This document shows positions 41,686-54,520 of a DNA stretch of 64,000 nucleotides, piece after piece. The notes under the pieces were generated by a model. The model ran no database searches, was not told the origin of the DNA, and worked only from the letters and a program-made list of their open reading frames with translations. The translations under genes were made by a program, and so were the position numbers. Numbering within the stretch: the first letter of the stretch is position 1; every line of letters starts with the position of its first letter. Source of the stretch: an uncultured Acidobacteriota bacterium (lineage in GTDB: Bacteria; Acidobacteriota; Vicinamibacteria; Vicinamibacterales; CAVVIG01); NCBI GenBank assembly GCA_963755195.1, contig CAVWIZ010000008.1:688957-752956 (forward strand). The letters run 5' to 3'.

Positions 41686-44048
41686 TCACTTCACCACGAT
41701 TGACGCCGACGCATAACGACCCTGCGCGTCACGGGCGCTGATGACGTGGCGGCCGGGCGTCAACGCCCAGTTGAGCGCGGCGTCCGGTCCGGTCGTGCCG
41801 ATCAGCGCGTCGTCCACACGCCATTCGAGCGACGCCATCCCATCGGTCGCGCCGCGGAGACCGACCGTTTGAAATTCGCGGCGCAAGGTGGGATCGATGA
41901 GGTAGACGGCTCCGTCCGGCGGATTGAGCACGCGGACGGCCTCGCCTGACACGCGCGTCCGACGGGAGGATGGAGACGACATCCGGATCGCACTGGCAGC
42001 AGCCGGCGGCGGCGCGGCGACCGCGACATTCAGCAGCCGCTGGCTCGCGGCCCACGCCTGATACGCCGCCGGCCATTGCACGACGACGCCTCGCGGCGTC
42101 CGCCGATGCCAGTCGCACGGCTCCGCGAAGCCCTCATCCGCCACCCATTCCTCCAGCTGCCGCGGACACTCGGGAGTCGCCGCCAGGCCGGACAACGCGC
42201 AGACCACCCGGCGCGTCGTGCGCTCCGGCGTTGCGACGGTGGCGCTCGGCTGCGGATCGGGAAGCACACCGTGCGCGCGGCGCGCCGCTGCGAGCATGAT
42301 GGCGTGGAAGATCGGGCCCGCGCCGGTCACCCCCGACGATCCCATGAGCGGCCGCCGGTCGAAATTTCCCACCCAGACGCCGACGGTCACGTCGCGGGTG
42401 TAGCCGATGGTCCAGTTGTCGTGATACGCCTGCGAGGTGCCGGTCTTCGCCGCCACGGCAAAAGGAAACTCCAGGCTGCCGCCGCGCCCGAATGCAAAGG
42501 CCCGTGCTTCATCATCCGACAGGATATCGGTGATCCAGAACGCCGTGCGCGACGACACCAGCGGCCGCGACTCGGGCGGGCTCGTGCGTTCGAAGCAGCG
42601 TCGGCGTGATGACGCTTCCGCCGCGTGCAAACGCGGCGTAGGCGGCCACGAGTTGGTCGAGCCTGACCTCGGCGTCGCCCAGCGTCACGCCGAGACCATA
42701 GTAGAGGCCGGTCCTGTCGAACGTCGTCAGACCGGCCGTTCGCAGAAAGCGCAGCAGGTTCGCGACGCCGATTCGCGACGCCAGCGTCACGGCCGGCACG
42801 TTTTGCGATCCGGCGAGCGCCTGCCTCGCCAGCAGCGGACCGTGAAAGTGACCGTCGTAGTTCCGCGGGCTATAGACCACGCCGTCCTGGCCGGTCGGGA
42901 AGTACGACGGCACGTCGGGCAGTACGGTTGCCGGCGACCCGCCTTCTTCGAATGCCAGCGCGTACGTGAACGGCTTCAGCGCCGACCCCGGCTGCCGCGG
43001 CGTCACCACACCGTCGATGCGACCACCATGTTCCACATCGTCATAGTCGCCGCTTCCCTCCCACGCCAGCCATTCCCCTGTGGCATTGTCCAGCACGACC
43101 GCCGCCACGTTATGGGCGCCGTGCCGCTCGAGCGACGGGCGAACGGCGCGAATAATGCCACTGACGTCCCGCTGCAGCGAGGCATCGAGCGTGGTGACGA
43201 CCCGCCGCGGACGCGAAGTACCGTCCTTGTGGGAGACATCCAGAACATCGAGAACGCGGGCGACGAAGTGCGGGGCGAGAAAGGCCGCGGCCTCGGGCGC
43301 GAGCGTCAGCCGCTCGTTCATCGCGGCCCGCACACCAACCGGATCGAGTGCCCCACTCTTCGCCATCTGGGCGATGACGCGCTCCTGACGCAGCCGCGCG
43401 CGCCTGGGATCGCGATAGGGGTTGAACGACGAAGGCCGCTGCGGGAGCGACGCGAGGAACGCGGCTTGAGCCGGCGTCAGCAATGACGCCCCGTGTCCGA
43501 AGTACGCGCCGGCTCGCGCGATCGGCGCCCGTGAGCTGGTTGCCGTACGGCGCCAGGTTCAAGTAGAGCGCCAGGATCTGACGCTTCGACAGCCGATGCT
43601 CGAGGCGCACGGCGAGAACCGCCTCGCGCGCCTTGGCGCCGACACTGCGCCGTCCGCGTGAGCCGCCTCGCGCCAGCAGGAGCTTCGCAACCTGTTGAGT
43701 GATCGTTGACCCGCCCTCCAGCCGTTTGCGACTTCGCACATTTCGTGCGGCGGCGCGGACGACAGCGATGGCGTCGAGGCCTGGATGCTTGAAGAAGCGA
43801 CGGTCCTCGGCGGCTATCGTGGCATCGACAAGCGTCGGTGGCAGCTGGTCCGCCGTCATCCAGGACGTCCGGCCGCCATCGGCGCTCCGCGACTCGTACA
43901 GCAGTTCGCCGTTCCGGTCCACGATCGCCATCGACTCCGCATGCTCGAAATCGAGCAGGCCCGGCGGCAGCGGACCGAGCCGCACATAGCAGAGGCCAGC
44001 CAATGCCACAGCCAAGGCGGCCATCGAGAGACGGCGGCGGAGGGTCAT
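41686..44048 (-). CDS. pbpC: Penicillin-binding protein 1C (frameshifted)
   Basis: Transglycosylase EDRRF, GGSTITQQ; transpeptidase GSALKPF (SxxK), SQN, KTGT; immediately downstream of alpha-2-macroglobulin. Confidence 0.9.
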
Positions 44049-47000
44049 CGCGTGACCTCGATGGTCTGCGTGGCGGCCCGGCCGGACACCTCCGGCGAGT
44101 ACATCTCTTCGGCCCGCGACGGCGCCACGGTGAACGTGCCTGCCGTCGTGGCGCGAACGACATACGAGAACTCGTGGTGTCCCTCGGCCAGCCGCGTCGC
44201 AAACAACTCGACGCGATCGTCGTGGCGCTCGACGTGATCGAACGTGCCGCGACGCCAGATCTGATCCCAGCTCGATTGACTCGTCCCGTCCTGCTGGTCG
44301 TTGCCCCTCGCCACGTCAGTCGCCGTCGTCGCGAACCACGATTCGACCGGCTCGAACCCGGCCGGGATCGGATCGGTGACGGCCACGTAGCGGCGCTCCT
44401 TCGGAAGATCGAGCACCAGCTTCACACGGATCAAATCGCCGGCTGCGAACGATTCCGCCGGTGCACCGTCCTGGCCGTCCCGCATGACGGCATAGCGCCG
44501 CTCGAGGTGGAATCCGTTGTCGCGGGAGGTCAGCGTGGCCGCATCCGGCGCGTAGGTGAGGCGCGCGTTGTAAAACGCCGTCCCGGCGCCCTCGCGATGC
44601 ACGGCGATTGCACTCGCGGCAATTTGCGACAGCTGGGCCATCGGCACGTCTTTGGTTACCGAGGTTGTCGTCCGACCTTTGAACGTTTCGCGGAGGAGTT
44701 CTTTCGCGCCGAGCGCGATCGTCGCCGTGAAATCCGGCGTGACGGCTTCGTACTTGCGGTAGTAGTCAACGAGCGCCTTCATGGCAATCGCGTTTTCCTG
44801 GGTGTTGCCCCATCGGCCGTTCTTCCGCGCGCCGACCAGCCACCGCACCATCCCGACAACGTCGGTGGACGATGCGGACGTTCGAATCTTCGTGCTCAGC
44901 ACGAGCGCGGTGGTGCGAACGTTGGAGTTCCAGAAATACAGCAGATACGGATCGGCCAGTTCTTCGACGTGGGACGTGCCGGCCTCCGGAAGAATGGCGT
45001 TGTCGATTCTCCGTCGCAACTCGGCCAGGCGCGCGCCGGTCTCGCCCTTCGCCGTCATCGCGTCGAGCAGATAGGACAGCGCGAATACCGGCATCCGATC
45101 GAGGTAGCCATACAGGCGCGTGATATGTGAGTCCTGGTTCCGGCCGCCCCTGACCAATACCTTCACGGCAAATGATTCCCAGGCCGTGTAGGCCGGCCAC
45201 CAGCCTTCGTTCACCGGCTGTGCCTCGGCGAGCTCACGCTGGAGATAGTCGTACGCCCGTTCCATCACCGCGGGGTCGACCTGATACTTCAGCGACGCGG
45301 CTGTTTGATAGACGTCCAGCACGTAACTGGTCAGGTACGGCGATACCGTGAGGCACTCGCCGGGCCAGTACGCGAATCCGCCGGACGAGCATTGGTAGGC
45401 GTCGAGCCCCTTCAGCTCCTTCTGCGTCCGTAGGCGAAGGTCTCTTGCGTCAATCCCCGGAATCTTGAACGCCTCACCCAAATCGGAGGCGACGGCCATG
45501 ACGAACGCACGCGACGCCCGCTGCTCCGCGCACCCGTAGGGGTATTCGACAACATAACGCGCGCCTTCGTGGAGACCGACCAGGGCGGTTGACGACACCT
45601 CGACCCGAAGTCCGCCCACGCCGGGCACGATCCCTTTCGGCATTTCGAACGGCTGCTTCGCGTCCGGCGCGGCCTCGCCGTACACGGCGACGCTCTCCGG
45701 CGAAACCATCACTTCGACCGGAATGCTCTCTTCGAACGCGTCGCCCTCGTTGCCGAGCCGCACCGTCGTCTGGACCCGCGCGCGCCCGACGCCTGTGGCC
45801 ACGACGTCGAAGCGGACTTCCGCGCTTCCACCGGCGCCGACCTGGACGACGCGGCGGGTCTCACCGGTCACCTGCAGCACCTCCGGATCCAGACTGCGCA
45901 TGGTGACGATGGCCGAGCCCGGCTGTTTGAGCTGGCTGGTCACGACCGATCCGAAATAGGCCTTGTCGCCCCTCGCCATGAACCGCGGGAAGGCGGCCTT
46001 CAGCACGACCGGCTTGTTGATCCGGATTTCGCTGTCAGCCGATCCGAATCGCGACGCCTTGTCGGCCGCCACCGCCATGATGCGGTAGGTCGTCAGCGAC
46101 TCGGGAAGCTTGATGTCGGCGCTCGCATGCCCACGTGAATCGGTCGCCACCGATCCGAGCCAGAACGCGAGGACCCGAAAATCCTTCCGCAGCTGGCTCA
46201 CGCCGCTTTCGGCGCCGCCTCCGCCGCCATCCGTCTCACCCTTCGGCGTCAGGACGCGCCGGCTGACGATTCGCTGCCGGCTGTCCGTGTTCATCACCTG
46301 AAGGGCCTTCTCCACATAGACCGACTTCAACACGTCGGGCGTCGTGAATCCGGTCAGCGAGAGGACGCCGTAGTCGACGGCCCACAGCGTCACTTCACTC
46401 GCGGCCGCGGCGCCCTGGGCGTCTTTGACCAGCACGTCGACTTTGGCCGATCCGGCCGGCCGGAACTCGTCTTTGTTGGCCTTGACGACGACCGACAGCC
46501 TCTTCGACGCGTCCTCGACGTTCAGACTCGCGTACCCGAGCCGAAACGACGGCTTGCCGGGATCGCTCGCGTCGTCCGCGGCGTCGGCCGCGGTCCTCCC
46601 CTTGACCAGGAGCACCGAGACAAAGATGTTCGGGATGTCACCGGCCGAGATCGGGACGGTGACCGTCTGCTGCGTGGACGTCAGCCGGAAGGTCGAGTGC
46701 GAACGGATGCCCTCGCGTTCCACCGTCATGAGCGCCGTCGCCTGCTCCCATGGCGACTTGATCATGAGATGCGCCGTGTCACCCGGCTTGTAGGTTTCCT
46801 GCTCGGGCACGAGATCGATGCGGTTGTGATCGTACCGCTCCCACGCGGTGTAGCCGGCGCCGATCGCGTAGAACGGCAGCTGCGTGACCGCTTTGTGCGT
46901 GCCGTCTGCTGCCGTCGCCCTCAGCACGTACGAACCGCCGTTCTTGAGGGGCACCGCCAGCGCGACCGGCTCGACAGCGCTCGTGATCGTGAACCGGCCG

Positions 47001-49868
47001 ACCTCGGATTCATTCCGCGTCGTGTCCCACGTGTAGAAGCCGTTTCCTTCGGCACGGCGCACGCTGTGGTATTGGATTTCGACGAGCGAGAGCTCGACGT
47101 GAACGCCCGGCACCGGCGTGCCGCCGGGAGACACCGCGACAACGGTGGTGTTCAACCCGTCCTTCTGCGACACAAACAAGGACGGCCGCGCAAGCCCGAT
47201 GTACCAGGGCGCCGGGTGGACGACCGCGCTGGCGCGGCCGGCAATGTGCTGGCGTGACACATCTTCCACGTCGCCTTCCAACGTGTACTGATAAGGATAT
47301 CCGTCGCTCACCGGCGTCTCGAGGTCGAGAAGGAGCTGTCCCTTCGCGTCGAGCGCTCCGCTCTTGGCCTCGAGCTGGCCGTTGCGGCTGAACGGCGCCG
47401 CGTTCGCAGCAGCCGACGAACGTGAACCGCGATTCCGGATACTTGTTGAGCACCGCCGCCGGCGCTCCGTAGACGGGTGTTCGCGAGTAGGTCCACGCGA
47501 CCGGCCGCTTCTGCATCGGCGCGCCGAACAGGTACCGCGCGGTCACGACGCCTTTGAGCGGTGAGCCGGCCAACGCGGAATCGCCGGCCAGGTTCGCATC
47601 CACGCGGAACTCCGGACGGCGGTACGCCGCCACCAGGAACGCACCGCGCACGACCTTGCGATACGGCGCCTGCCAGTCCGGCTCGTCTTCCTCCTCCGGT
47701 TTCGGACGACCCGGCTCGAGCGCTTCTTTGTCGAGGCTGACGAGCAACTGGTAGTTGCCGAGCGCGCTGTCACCTGGCAGCTTCGTGATCCACTCGGCGG
47801 CACTCCAGGCATTCGTTGTGACGGTTCGCCGATCGACGACCTTGTCGCGACCGTCCTTCAGCAGGACGTGCAGCGGCGTGCCGGAACCAATCAGTTGGAT
47901 GCCGTTCGGCGTATCGCGGCGGAGGATCGCTTTGAGGTGCACCTCCTCGCCAAGCTTGTAGACCCCGCGATCGCTGAAGACCGTGCCGCGTAACAGCGGC
48001 TGCGCCTCATTGAGATCGTAGCGGTTGCCAAACTCGTAGGGCTGGATCCCCTCGTTCCAGTCGCTGCCGACATAACTGATGTCGCCGTCCTTTGCGGCGG
48101 TCACGATGAACTTGAACTCCCACGAACGCCGCGGAGTGCGCAGCGGCATCGCCGGGCCGAGGGCGACGCCGTCGGCGCTCGTCCGTCCGCTCCAGGCCAC
48201 GCTGTTGTCGAGGCGGACAATCGACACGTCCGCGGCGCCCACCGGCGCGCCCGTGTCAAGCCGGGTGACGAATACCAGCGTGTTCTGCGGACTGTCCTTG
48301 ACGGTGATGCCGAGGTTGGTGACCTGGACAATGGTCGCAATCGGATGCGTGTCGCCGTCGCCGTAAGGCCGCGCGCGCGGAATCGTCGCGCCGGGCTGGA
48401 TTGCGGCCCACACGAGACCAGTGCCCGACGAGCCGAGCGCCCCTGCGAGATTCAAGCCGTGCGACAGGATGCGGTCTGGCGTCGCGGCAAGCGTACGGGC
48501 CGATCCGTTTCCAGGGGGCGCCGTCCTGAAGTCGGTATTCCGAAGATTGACGATGGCCGGCATCAGCTGCTGCGGCGTCAACGGCTGCACCCACTGCCGT
48601 GCCGCCAGGAAGTTGCGTCCGGAGAACGGAAGCGGCCCACTGTCCTTCTCCCACACGCCGTGGCCGTCGCCGAAGCTCACGAATGCGCGGGCGTGCCAGT
48701 TGTCCACGATACCCGTCCAGGTATAACCGAGCGCCTGACCGTCAACCGCCGTGAGTGAGCCGTCGACGGTGTAGGCCCAGGCGCGGTCCGGCGTCTGACG
48801 GTCGTAGCCAAGGTCTTCCGGGGTGAAACTGGCCACGCTTTCCTGGCGGCTTCGATAGGTTTCACGAGGCGACGCCAGCGGACGAACGGCAGTGCCGGCT
48901 CCCCCACCGGAGACGTCGCGCACGGTCGTCAGGCGCTTCAGCGCGTCGAGCCGCACCGGCGACCGCAGCTGGGCGAAGTTGTACGCGTCGGCATCGCATT
49001 GACGGCGGCAGTAGAAGGCGTCCACGAACAACGTGTGTTCGAGCTGGATCACGTGGCTCTGTTCGGCGGCGGGTGTGGACGGGCCCTGAATGGCCGGGAC
49101 ACGATTGTCGATCGCCAGGCGCATCCAGCCATCGAGCGCCGGCGCCGACGCGGTCTCGAGCACGACGAGATCGGGGGCCGGTGGAAATCGCTGCCGATCC
49201 CAGTTCGTGGCGAGCGCCAGCGCGACGGGCGCGCGCGAACGGGTCGTCGCCCGTGTCGCGGCCACCTTGGCGTTGAACCGCCCCGCCTCGGCCGGACCGA
49301 TGCGCTGCAACTCCTCGGGCGTCAGGTCGGGCAAAGTCCAGTCGTGCGGTTCGTAGCGGGCGGTCGTGTGCGCGAGCACATCAGCGGGACGGACCGGCTG
49401 ATTGAATCGTAGAGTGACCACGACTTTCTGGTCGTACCGCCCGCCGACGCGGTACCAGTTGGTCTCGAGAAGCCGGGCGGTTGGCGTCGTGAAGTTGAAG
49501 GTGTAGGGGCGATCGAGCCGCCGGCCACCCTGGGCGGTCGTGCTCGACGCGATGGTCACATCGTACCGGGTGGCGAACGGCAACGGCGTACGGGGGTCCG
49601 GCGTAAAGACCAGGATGGTCGGACCGGCCCAGCGAAAGCTGCCCCTGATGGCGGGGCGAACGCTGAAAAACGGCGCCGTCACCTCATCCGGAATCCGTCC
49701 GAGCGCGACCATCGGTTCCGAGAACCGGATGCGGATCTCGTTGGCTTCGGCGAGCGAAGCAATCTCGCCGGCCGGCTGGGCGCTGACAACCGTCAGGGAA
49801 CTCTGTGCGCGCAGCCCCGGCGCCGCCAACGCAACCAGGAAGGTCAGCAGCAGGTGTCTGTAGCGCAT
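44045..49868 (-). CDS. Bacterial alpha-2-macroglobulin (frameshift near 47400)
   Basis: FSDRGVYKLGE, YRRPEF, LWAVDYGVL, YPYGCAEQ (CxEQ thioester), WGNTQEN, AEEMYSPE. Confidence 0.9.
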
Positions 49869-50039
49869 GGTCGTGCCTTTGGCTCGAGCTCAGGGAGGGT
49901 TTACCGCGCCGCTCAGTACCTGAGTGTCGGTAATGAGTTGGACACCGATAGTCGCGGGCGAGCGTCAACTCAACAATATGCGATTGACGACCGTGCGGCT
50001 GGCCGCCTGTCCCGTGACTGCACAGTCCGGCACGAGGAA

Positions 50040-50876
50040 TCAGTGCGTCATCGAGTAGACGATGGCGTTGACGCCGAAGGCGTAGCCCTCGGGGGCAAAC
50101 TGCAGGAAGTATTGGTGGTCGTCGCCTTCGCGCTCGAACGCGTCGCCGACGTCGGTGTTGTGGGTCATCAGCACCATGATGCGGCCGTCCTCGTCCATGA
50201 TGGCGCGCACGTGCGGCACCGCGCTGTCGGCGCCGCGCTCTGACGTCCGGCCGCCCGAACCGCCCCAGAAGTTGATCGACGGAACCTGAGGAATGCGCTT
50301 GATGTTGTAGAGCGTGTGAAAGAGCGTGTGCTCGAGCGGAACGTCCACAATCGGGTAACGCTCCGGCGGCAGCGCCTTGGCAATCTGCCGAGCCCAGGCG
50401 CTGAAGGCGAGCTCGCCCCAGAAATCGTCCACCCAGAGGAACCCGCCCTTCAGCACGTAGTCGTGCAGCCGCTCGGCTTCGGCCTCGTCGAAGTACGCGC
50501 CGCCCGGCTCCGTCATCATCACGAACGGGCAATGGTAAAGCAGGGGATCGGTCAGCCGGACGACGACATGGTTGTAGTCCTCGTGCGGATGGCGCGTGAC
50601 GGTGGTCGTCGTGAGCTCGGAAAGCCGGAAGGTCAGGTTGATGTCGGCGCGCGGGTAATCGACGCCCCAGCCGTCGCCGTCGCCGTCGGGGGCGTTGCGA
50701 AAGACAATGCGGCAGAACAGAAAGTTGCCGTTGAAGTCTTCCGGCGTGGCCATCTTCGGGGCCGGTCCGCGGAACCCGCCAAAGCCGCGGCGGCGGCCCT
50801 GCGCGCCGGCCAACGTCGCGAGCAGCGCGGCGAGCAGGAAGCCGGTCAGCGCTTTCCGGTGGCGCCGGAGGTGCAC
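50040..50876 (-). CDS. DUF4159 domain protein
   Basis: WGVDYPRADINL, PFVMMTEPG, GGFLWVDDFW, HNTDVGDA, NAIVYSMTH. Confidence 0.8.
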   Translation of the reverse strand: MHLRRHRKALTGFLLAALLATLAGAQGRRRGFGGFRGPAPKMATPEDFNGNFLFCRIVFRNAPDGDGDGWGVDYPRADINLTFRLSELTTTTVTRHPHEDYNHVVVRLTDPLLYHCPFVMMTEPGGAYFDEAEAERLHDYVLKGGFLWVDDFWGELAFSAWARQIAKALPPERYPIVDVPLEHTLFHTLYNIKRIPQVPSINFWGGSGGRTSERGADSAVPHVRAIMDEDGRIMVLMTHNTDVGDAFEREGDDHQYFLQFAPEGYAFGVNAIVYSMTH

Positions 50877-50924
50877 GTGCGTAGTCTACATCCCGTCAGG
50901 GATATCATCTGAGCGGAGAGACTC

Positions 50925-52208
50925 ATGAAGCAGAAGCGCTTTGCGCTGAGACGTCTGGCATCGATCGTCATGGTCGTCGGCGCCTTGATGGCACCGGTGG
51001 CTGCCCAAGCGCCGGCGCCGGGGCGCGGCGGTCCACAGGGTCCGACGGTGACGTCACCCGAGATCGGCGCCGACCGGCGCGTGACGTTCCGCGATTCTCG
51101 CGCCAACCGCGCAGACCGTGGAGCTGCGGAGTCCCGGCGACATCCCTGGCATCGGCGGCCGCGGCGTCGCGCCGCCGCAGCTGACCAAGGACGCCGACGG
51201 CGTGTGGGAACGCGACGGTCGGCCCGTTGCCCGCCGGCGCCTATCGCTACGTCTTCGTCGTCAACGGCGTTCCGGTCGTCGATTCGCGCAATCCGATGAC
51301 GAGCCAGACCAACACCACGGTCTACAGCCTTGCCGTCGTGCCCGGCTCGGACGTGTTCGACACGAAGAACGTGCCGCACGGCGCGGTCGCCTCGGTCCAC
51401 TACTACTCGACCGCGCTCGGCGGCATCCGGCGCGTGCACGTGTACACGCCGCCCGGATACGAGACGAACCGCGAGCGTTATCCCGTGTTCTATCTGCTGC
51501 ACGGCGCCGGCGACGTCGACGATTCGTGGACCTCGGTCGGCCGCGCGGGCTTCATCCTCGACAACCTGATCGCGGCGAACAAGGCGAAGCCGATGATCGT
51601 CGTGATGCCGGCCGGTCACGTCAACGGCGCCGGCGCGGCGCTTGGCGGCGTGGTCCCGGCCGCCGCCGCGCAGGGGATGCCGGGCATCGGCGGCAGGACC
51701 GGATCCGTTCGCCAGCGACTTCATGACCGACCTGATGCCGTACGTCGAGAAGAACTACCGCGTGCTGACCGATCGTCAGAGCCGCGCGATCGCGGGCCTC
51801 TCGATGGGCGGCAACCAGACGCTGAACATCGCGATTCCGCATCTGGAGAAGTTCGCGTACATCGGCGTCTTCAGCTCCGGCATCATCAGCGGCGGGCGCG
51901 GCGGCGCCGCGCCGGCGGACGAACACACCGTTCGGAGAAGCGTGGGAGAAGCAGAACCTGGCCGCGCTCGACAACGCCGCCAACAAGCGAGGCCTCAACC
52001 TCCTGTGGTTCAGCACCGGCAAAGACGACTGGCCTGATCGACGACGACGAGGAGCACGGTGGAGCTGTTGAAGAAGCACGGCTTCAAGCCCGTGTTCATC
52101 GAGAGCGAAGGCGCGCACACCTGGCTCAACTGGCGCGACTATCTGTCGGTGTTCGCGCCGCAGTTGTTCCAGCCGCAGCGATCGTCCCCAAGTGCCTTGG
52201 GGCGATAA
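50925..52208 (+). CDS. Secreted esterase (alpha/beta hydrolase, Fes-like, N-terminal Ig/CBM48-like domain; frameshifted)
   Basis: [25 protein letters not shown] (GxSxG), GAHTWLNWR. Confidence 0.8.
52181..52206. terminator. Hairpin between the convergent esterase genes
   Basis: atcgtccccaag-tgc-cttggggcgat. Confidence 0.4.
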
Positions 52209-52212
52209 CGGT

Positions 52213-53780
52213 TCACGGGCGGCACACGAAATTCTTCGCGTCCTCGGCGTCGCCAGAGCCTGAGTACTGCGGGTGATTCGGATACGCGCACAGCGGACGC
52301 GTACGGCCTGGAAACGCCGCGCCCGTCGCGATCACTGAATCCGGCGGCGTGCCCTTCTCGACCCAGTCGACGACGGCGCCCAGCATGTCGAAGCTGTCTG
52401 TCGCCCGACCGCCGGCGCAGTGGCCCATGCCGGGCACCAGAAAGAAGCGGCTCCACGAGGACACCTTGTCCATGCCGCCGTTGTCCGCGCTCATCTTCTC
52501 GTAGTAGTCGATGGTGTCGAGCGCGGAGAACCACGGATCGCTGGCGCCGTGATAGAAGAGCAGCTTGCCGCCGCGAGACGAGAAGGTGCTGAGGTTCGTC
52601 CACCATTTCGTGTCGCCGACGGCCCGCGGATCTCGCGCCAGCGTCAGCGCTTCTTTGTCCACGTCCACGTCGGTCGACAGGTTCGCCGGACCCAGCGGAC
52701 CTGACCCGGGGCTCAGCAGACCCGGAATGCCGCCACCGCTGCGCGGTGATGCCGGTGTCGTACAGGAATCCCGGGTAGATCTGATTTCCGCGTGAGTCTC
52801 TGGGACCCGCGAAGGCCTTCTTGATGGCCGCGGTCTGCTGCGGCGTCAGGCACGCGTCGGTCTTCGCGCCCTTGCAGGTCAGCGCGGCCACGGGATCGAA
52901 ATCGCAGGCGCGGATGTCGAAGATCATGCCGTCCTTCACGCCGTCCTTCGCGTCGCAGACGTTGAGGAGCGTGTCGACGATCAACGTTCTTGTCGCCGTC
53001 CGAAAACACCTGGTCCGGAATCGGCTTGCCGGCGGCATCCTTCGGCGCAATCTGGTTCAACGCGATCGCGACCCATCGATCGCCCAGGCCCGAATACCCG
53101 GTGCGCATCGCCGGCGCTCCGGCGACGACGCCGTCGAAGTAGGTCGGATAGCGCTCGGTCATCAGCATCGCCTCGCGTCCGCCCGTCGAGCAGCCGGCGA
53201 AATACGAATGATCGGCGGGCCGGCCGTAGTACTGCGCGACGATCTGCTTGGCGAGCACGGCAACCCGGCCAACGGCCACGTACGCGAAGTCGAGGCTGGC
53301 CTGCTGATCGCGCATGAAGCTGCCGTCGAACGCGCCGCCGCTGCTCTGGTGGCCGGTGTCGGTGGTGACGACGGCGAATCCGCGGGCGAGTCCGGGCGTG
53401 CTGCCGGCAGCCTGCGCGCCAAGCGGCAGAGCGACCGTGCCGTTCAATCCGCCGCCGCCCTGAAACAGAAAGCGTCCGTTCCAGTTGTCCGGCAACGCGA
53501 CTGCAAAGCCAATCCCGTACGGCTTACCATCGACGCCGACGCGTCGATCGATGGTGCCGTCCACACGGCAATACGCCGGGAGACTGATCGCGGCGCCGCC
53601 GCGGCCGCCCCGACCCTGAGGCGCCGGGCCGGCTGGAACCGCCTGCGCTTTCGTGATGTCGAGCGCCACACCCGGCGCCTGAAACGTTGTCATCGCCGAG
53701 CACTTCGAGGACGCGTCCTGGCCCTGGGCGGCTGGCGCCACGAGCAACAGTGAACCCATCAGAATGTGGAAGATGCGCAT
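52213..53780 (-). CDS. Tannase/feruloyl esterase family hydrolase (frameshifted)
   Basis: [34 protein letters not shown] (CS-D-HC motif), RTRPLCAYP. Confidence 0.9.
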
Positions 53781-53845
53781 GCGGATAGCTTACATGAATG
53801 ACCGGGAAGCCGCCGCTGAGGAAGGACGGATTCGTGACAGGAAGA

Positions 53846-54208
53846 TCGACCGCACGCGCCCGCACTGCCGGTACCGCAGTTATGGCCTGCGAGTGAACCG
53901 GCAGCACGGACGCGTCACGTTTTGCTCAGAGCACGCCGTAGACTCGCGCCATCAGCGGCGTCGATCGCGCTCCCAGTTGTGGCGATCGCGGTCCCATTCG
54001 CGGCGATCGCGCTCGTAGCTACGCCAGTCGTGCCGATCCCAGCGCCGCTCCACGAACCTCGCGCGCGGGACCCAGCCACCAGCCACCCATCGGTGGCCGT
54101 GGTAGTAGCCGGGCTGCCAGACGTAGCCGGGGTACGGAGCCTGGCGATAGTACCCGTCATAGCCGTACGGGCCCGGCGCGACAACAACAGGCGGCGCGCC
54201 GATTCCGA
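53846..54208. repeat. 363-bp direct repeat, copy 1
   Basis: Aligns ungapped to 62350-62712; about 8 substitutions by manual count. Confidence 0.95.
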
Positions 54209-54305
54209 CATGGATCGAGAAGCGCGAGTCCGCGCTCGCAGTCGCCACGCTCAGCGCGCCGAACAGAACCGTCAGACCAGCCGTTCGCAGCATCATGCGT
54301 TTCAT
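53952..54305 (-). CDS. Small secreted YXWGXW-repeat-like protein with Arg/Asp-rich tail
   Basis: Signal peptide; PYPGYVWQPGYY, WVAGGWV; tail of (W/Y)xRDRR-like repeats; GGAGG RBS. Confidence 0.7.
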   Translation of the reverse strand: MKRMMLRTAGLTVLFGALSVATASADSRFSIHVGIGAPPVVVAPGPYGYDGYYRQAPYPGYVWQPGYYHGHRWVAGGWVPRARFVERRWDRHDWRSYERDRREWDRDRHNWERDRRR

Positions 54306-54331
54306 GACCGCCTCCATCTGCGGGGAGGGAG

Positions 54332-54347
54332 TGCGAGTGCGATGCCA
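54332..54347 (-). promoter_or_regulatory. Candidate sigma-54 promoter
   Basis: TGGCATCGCACTCGCA matches TGGCAC-N5-TTGCA with correct GG/GC spacing. Confidence 0.45.
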
Positions 54348-54520
54348 GTTTCCTTATGCGATTTCAGGCCTGGTTTCCTCGATCTCCTGATGGGCTGTCC
54401 TCTGCGAACGACAAACTCATGGCTCAACCACATTGCACGTTCCAGCGCTGAGCTTGGGCGGGTCAGCCGGCGCGTAGCCGCTGACGTGCCGAACACCGTT
54501 CACCAAGCCCGATCACCCGT

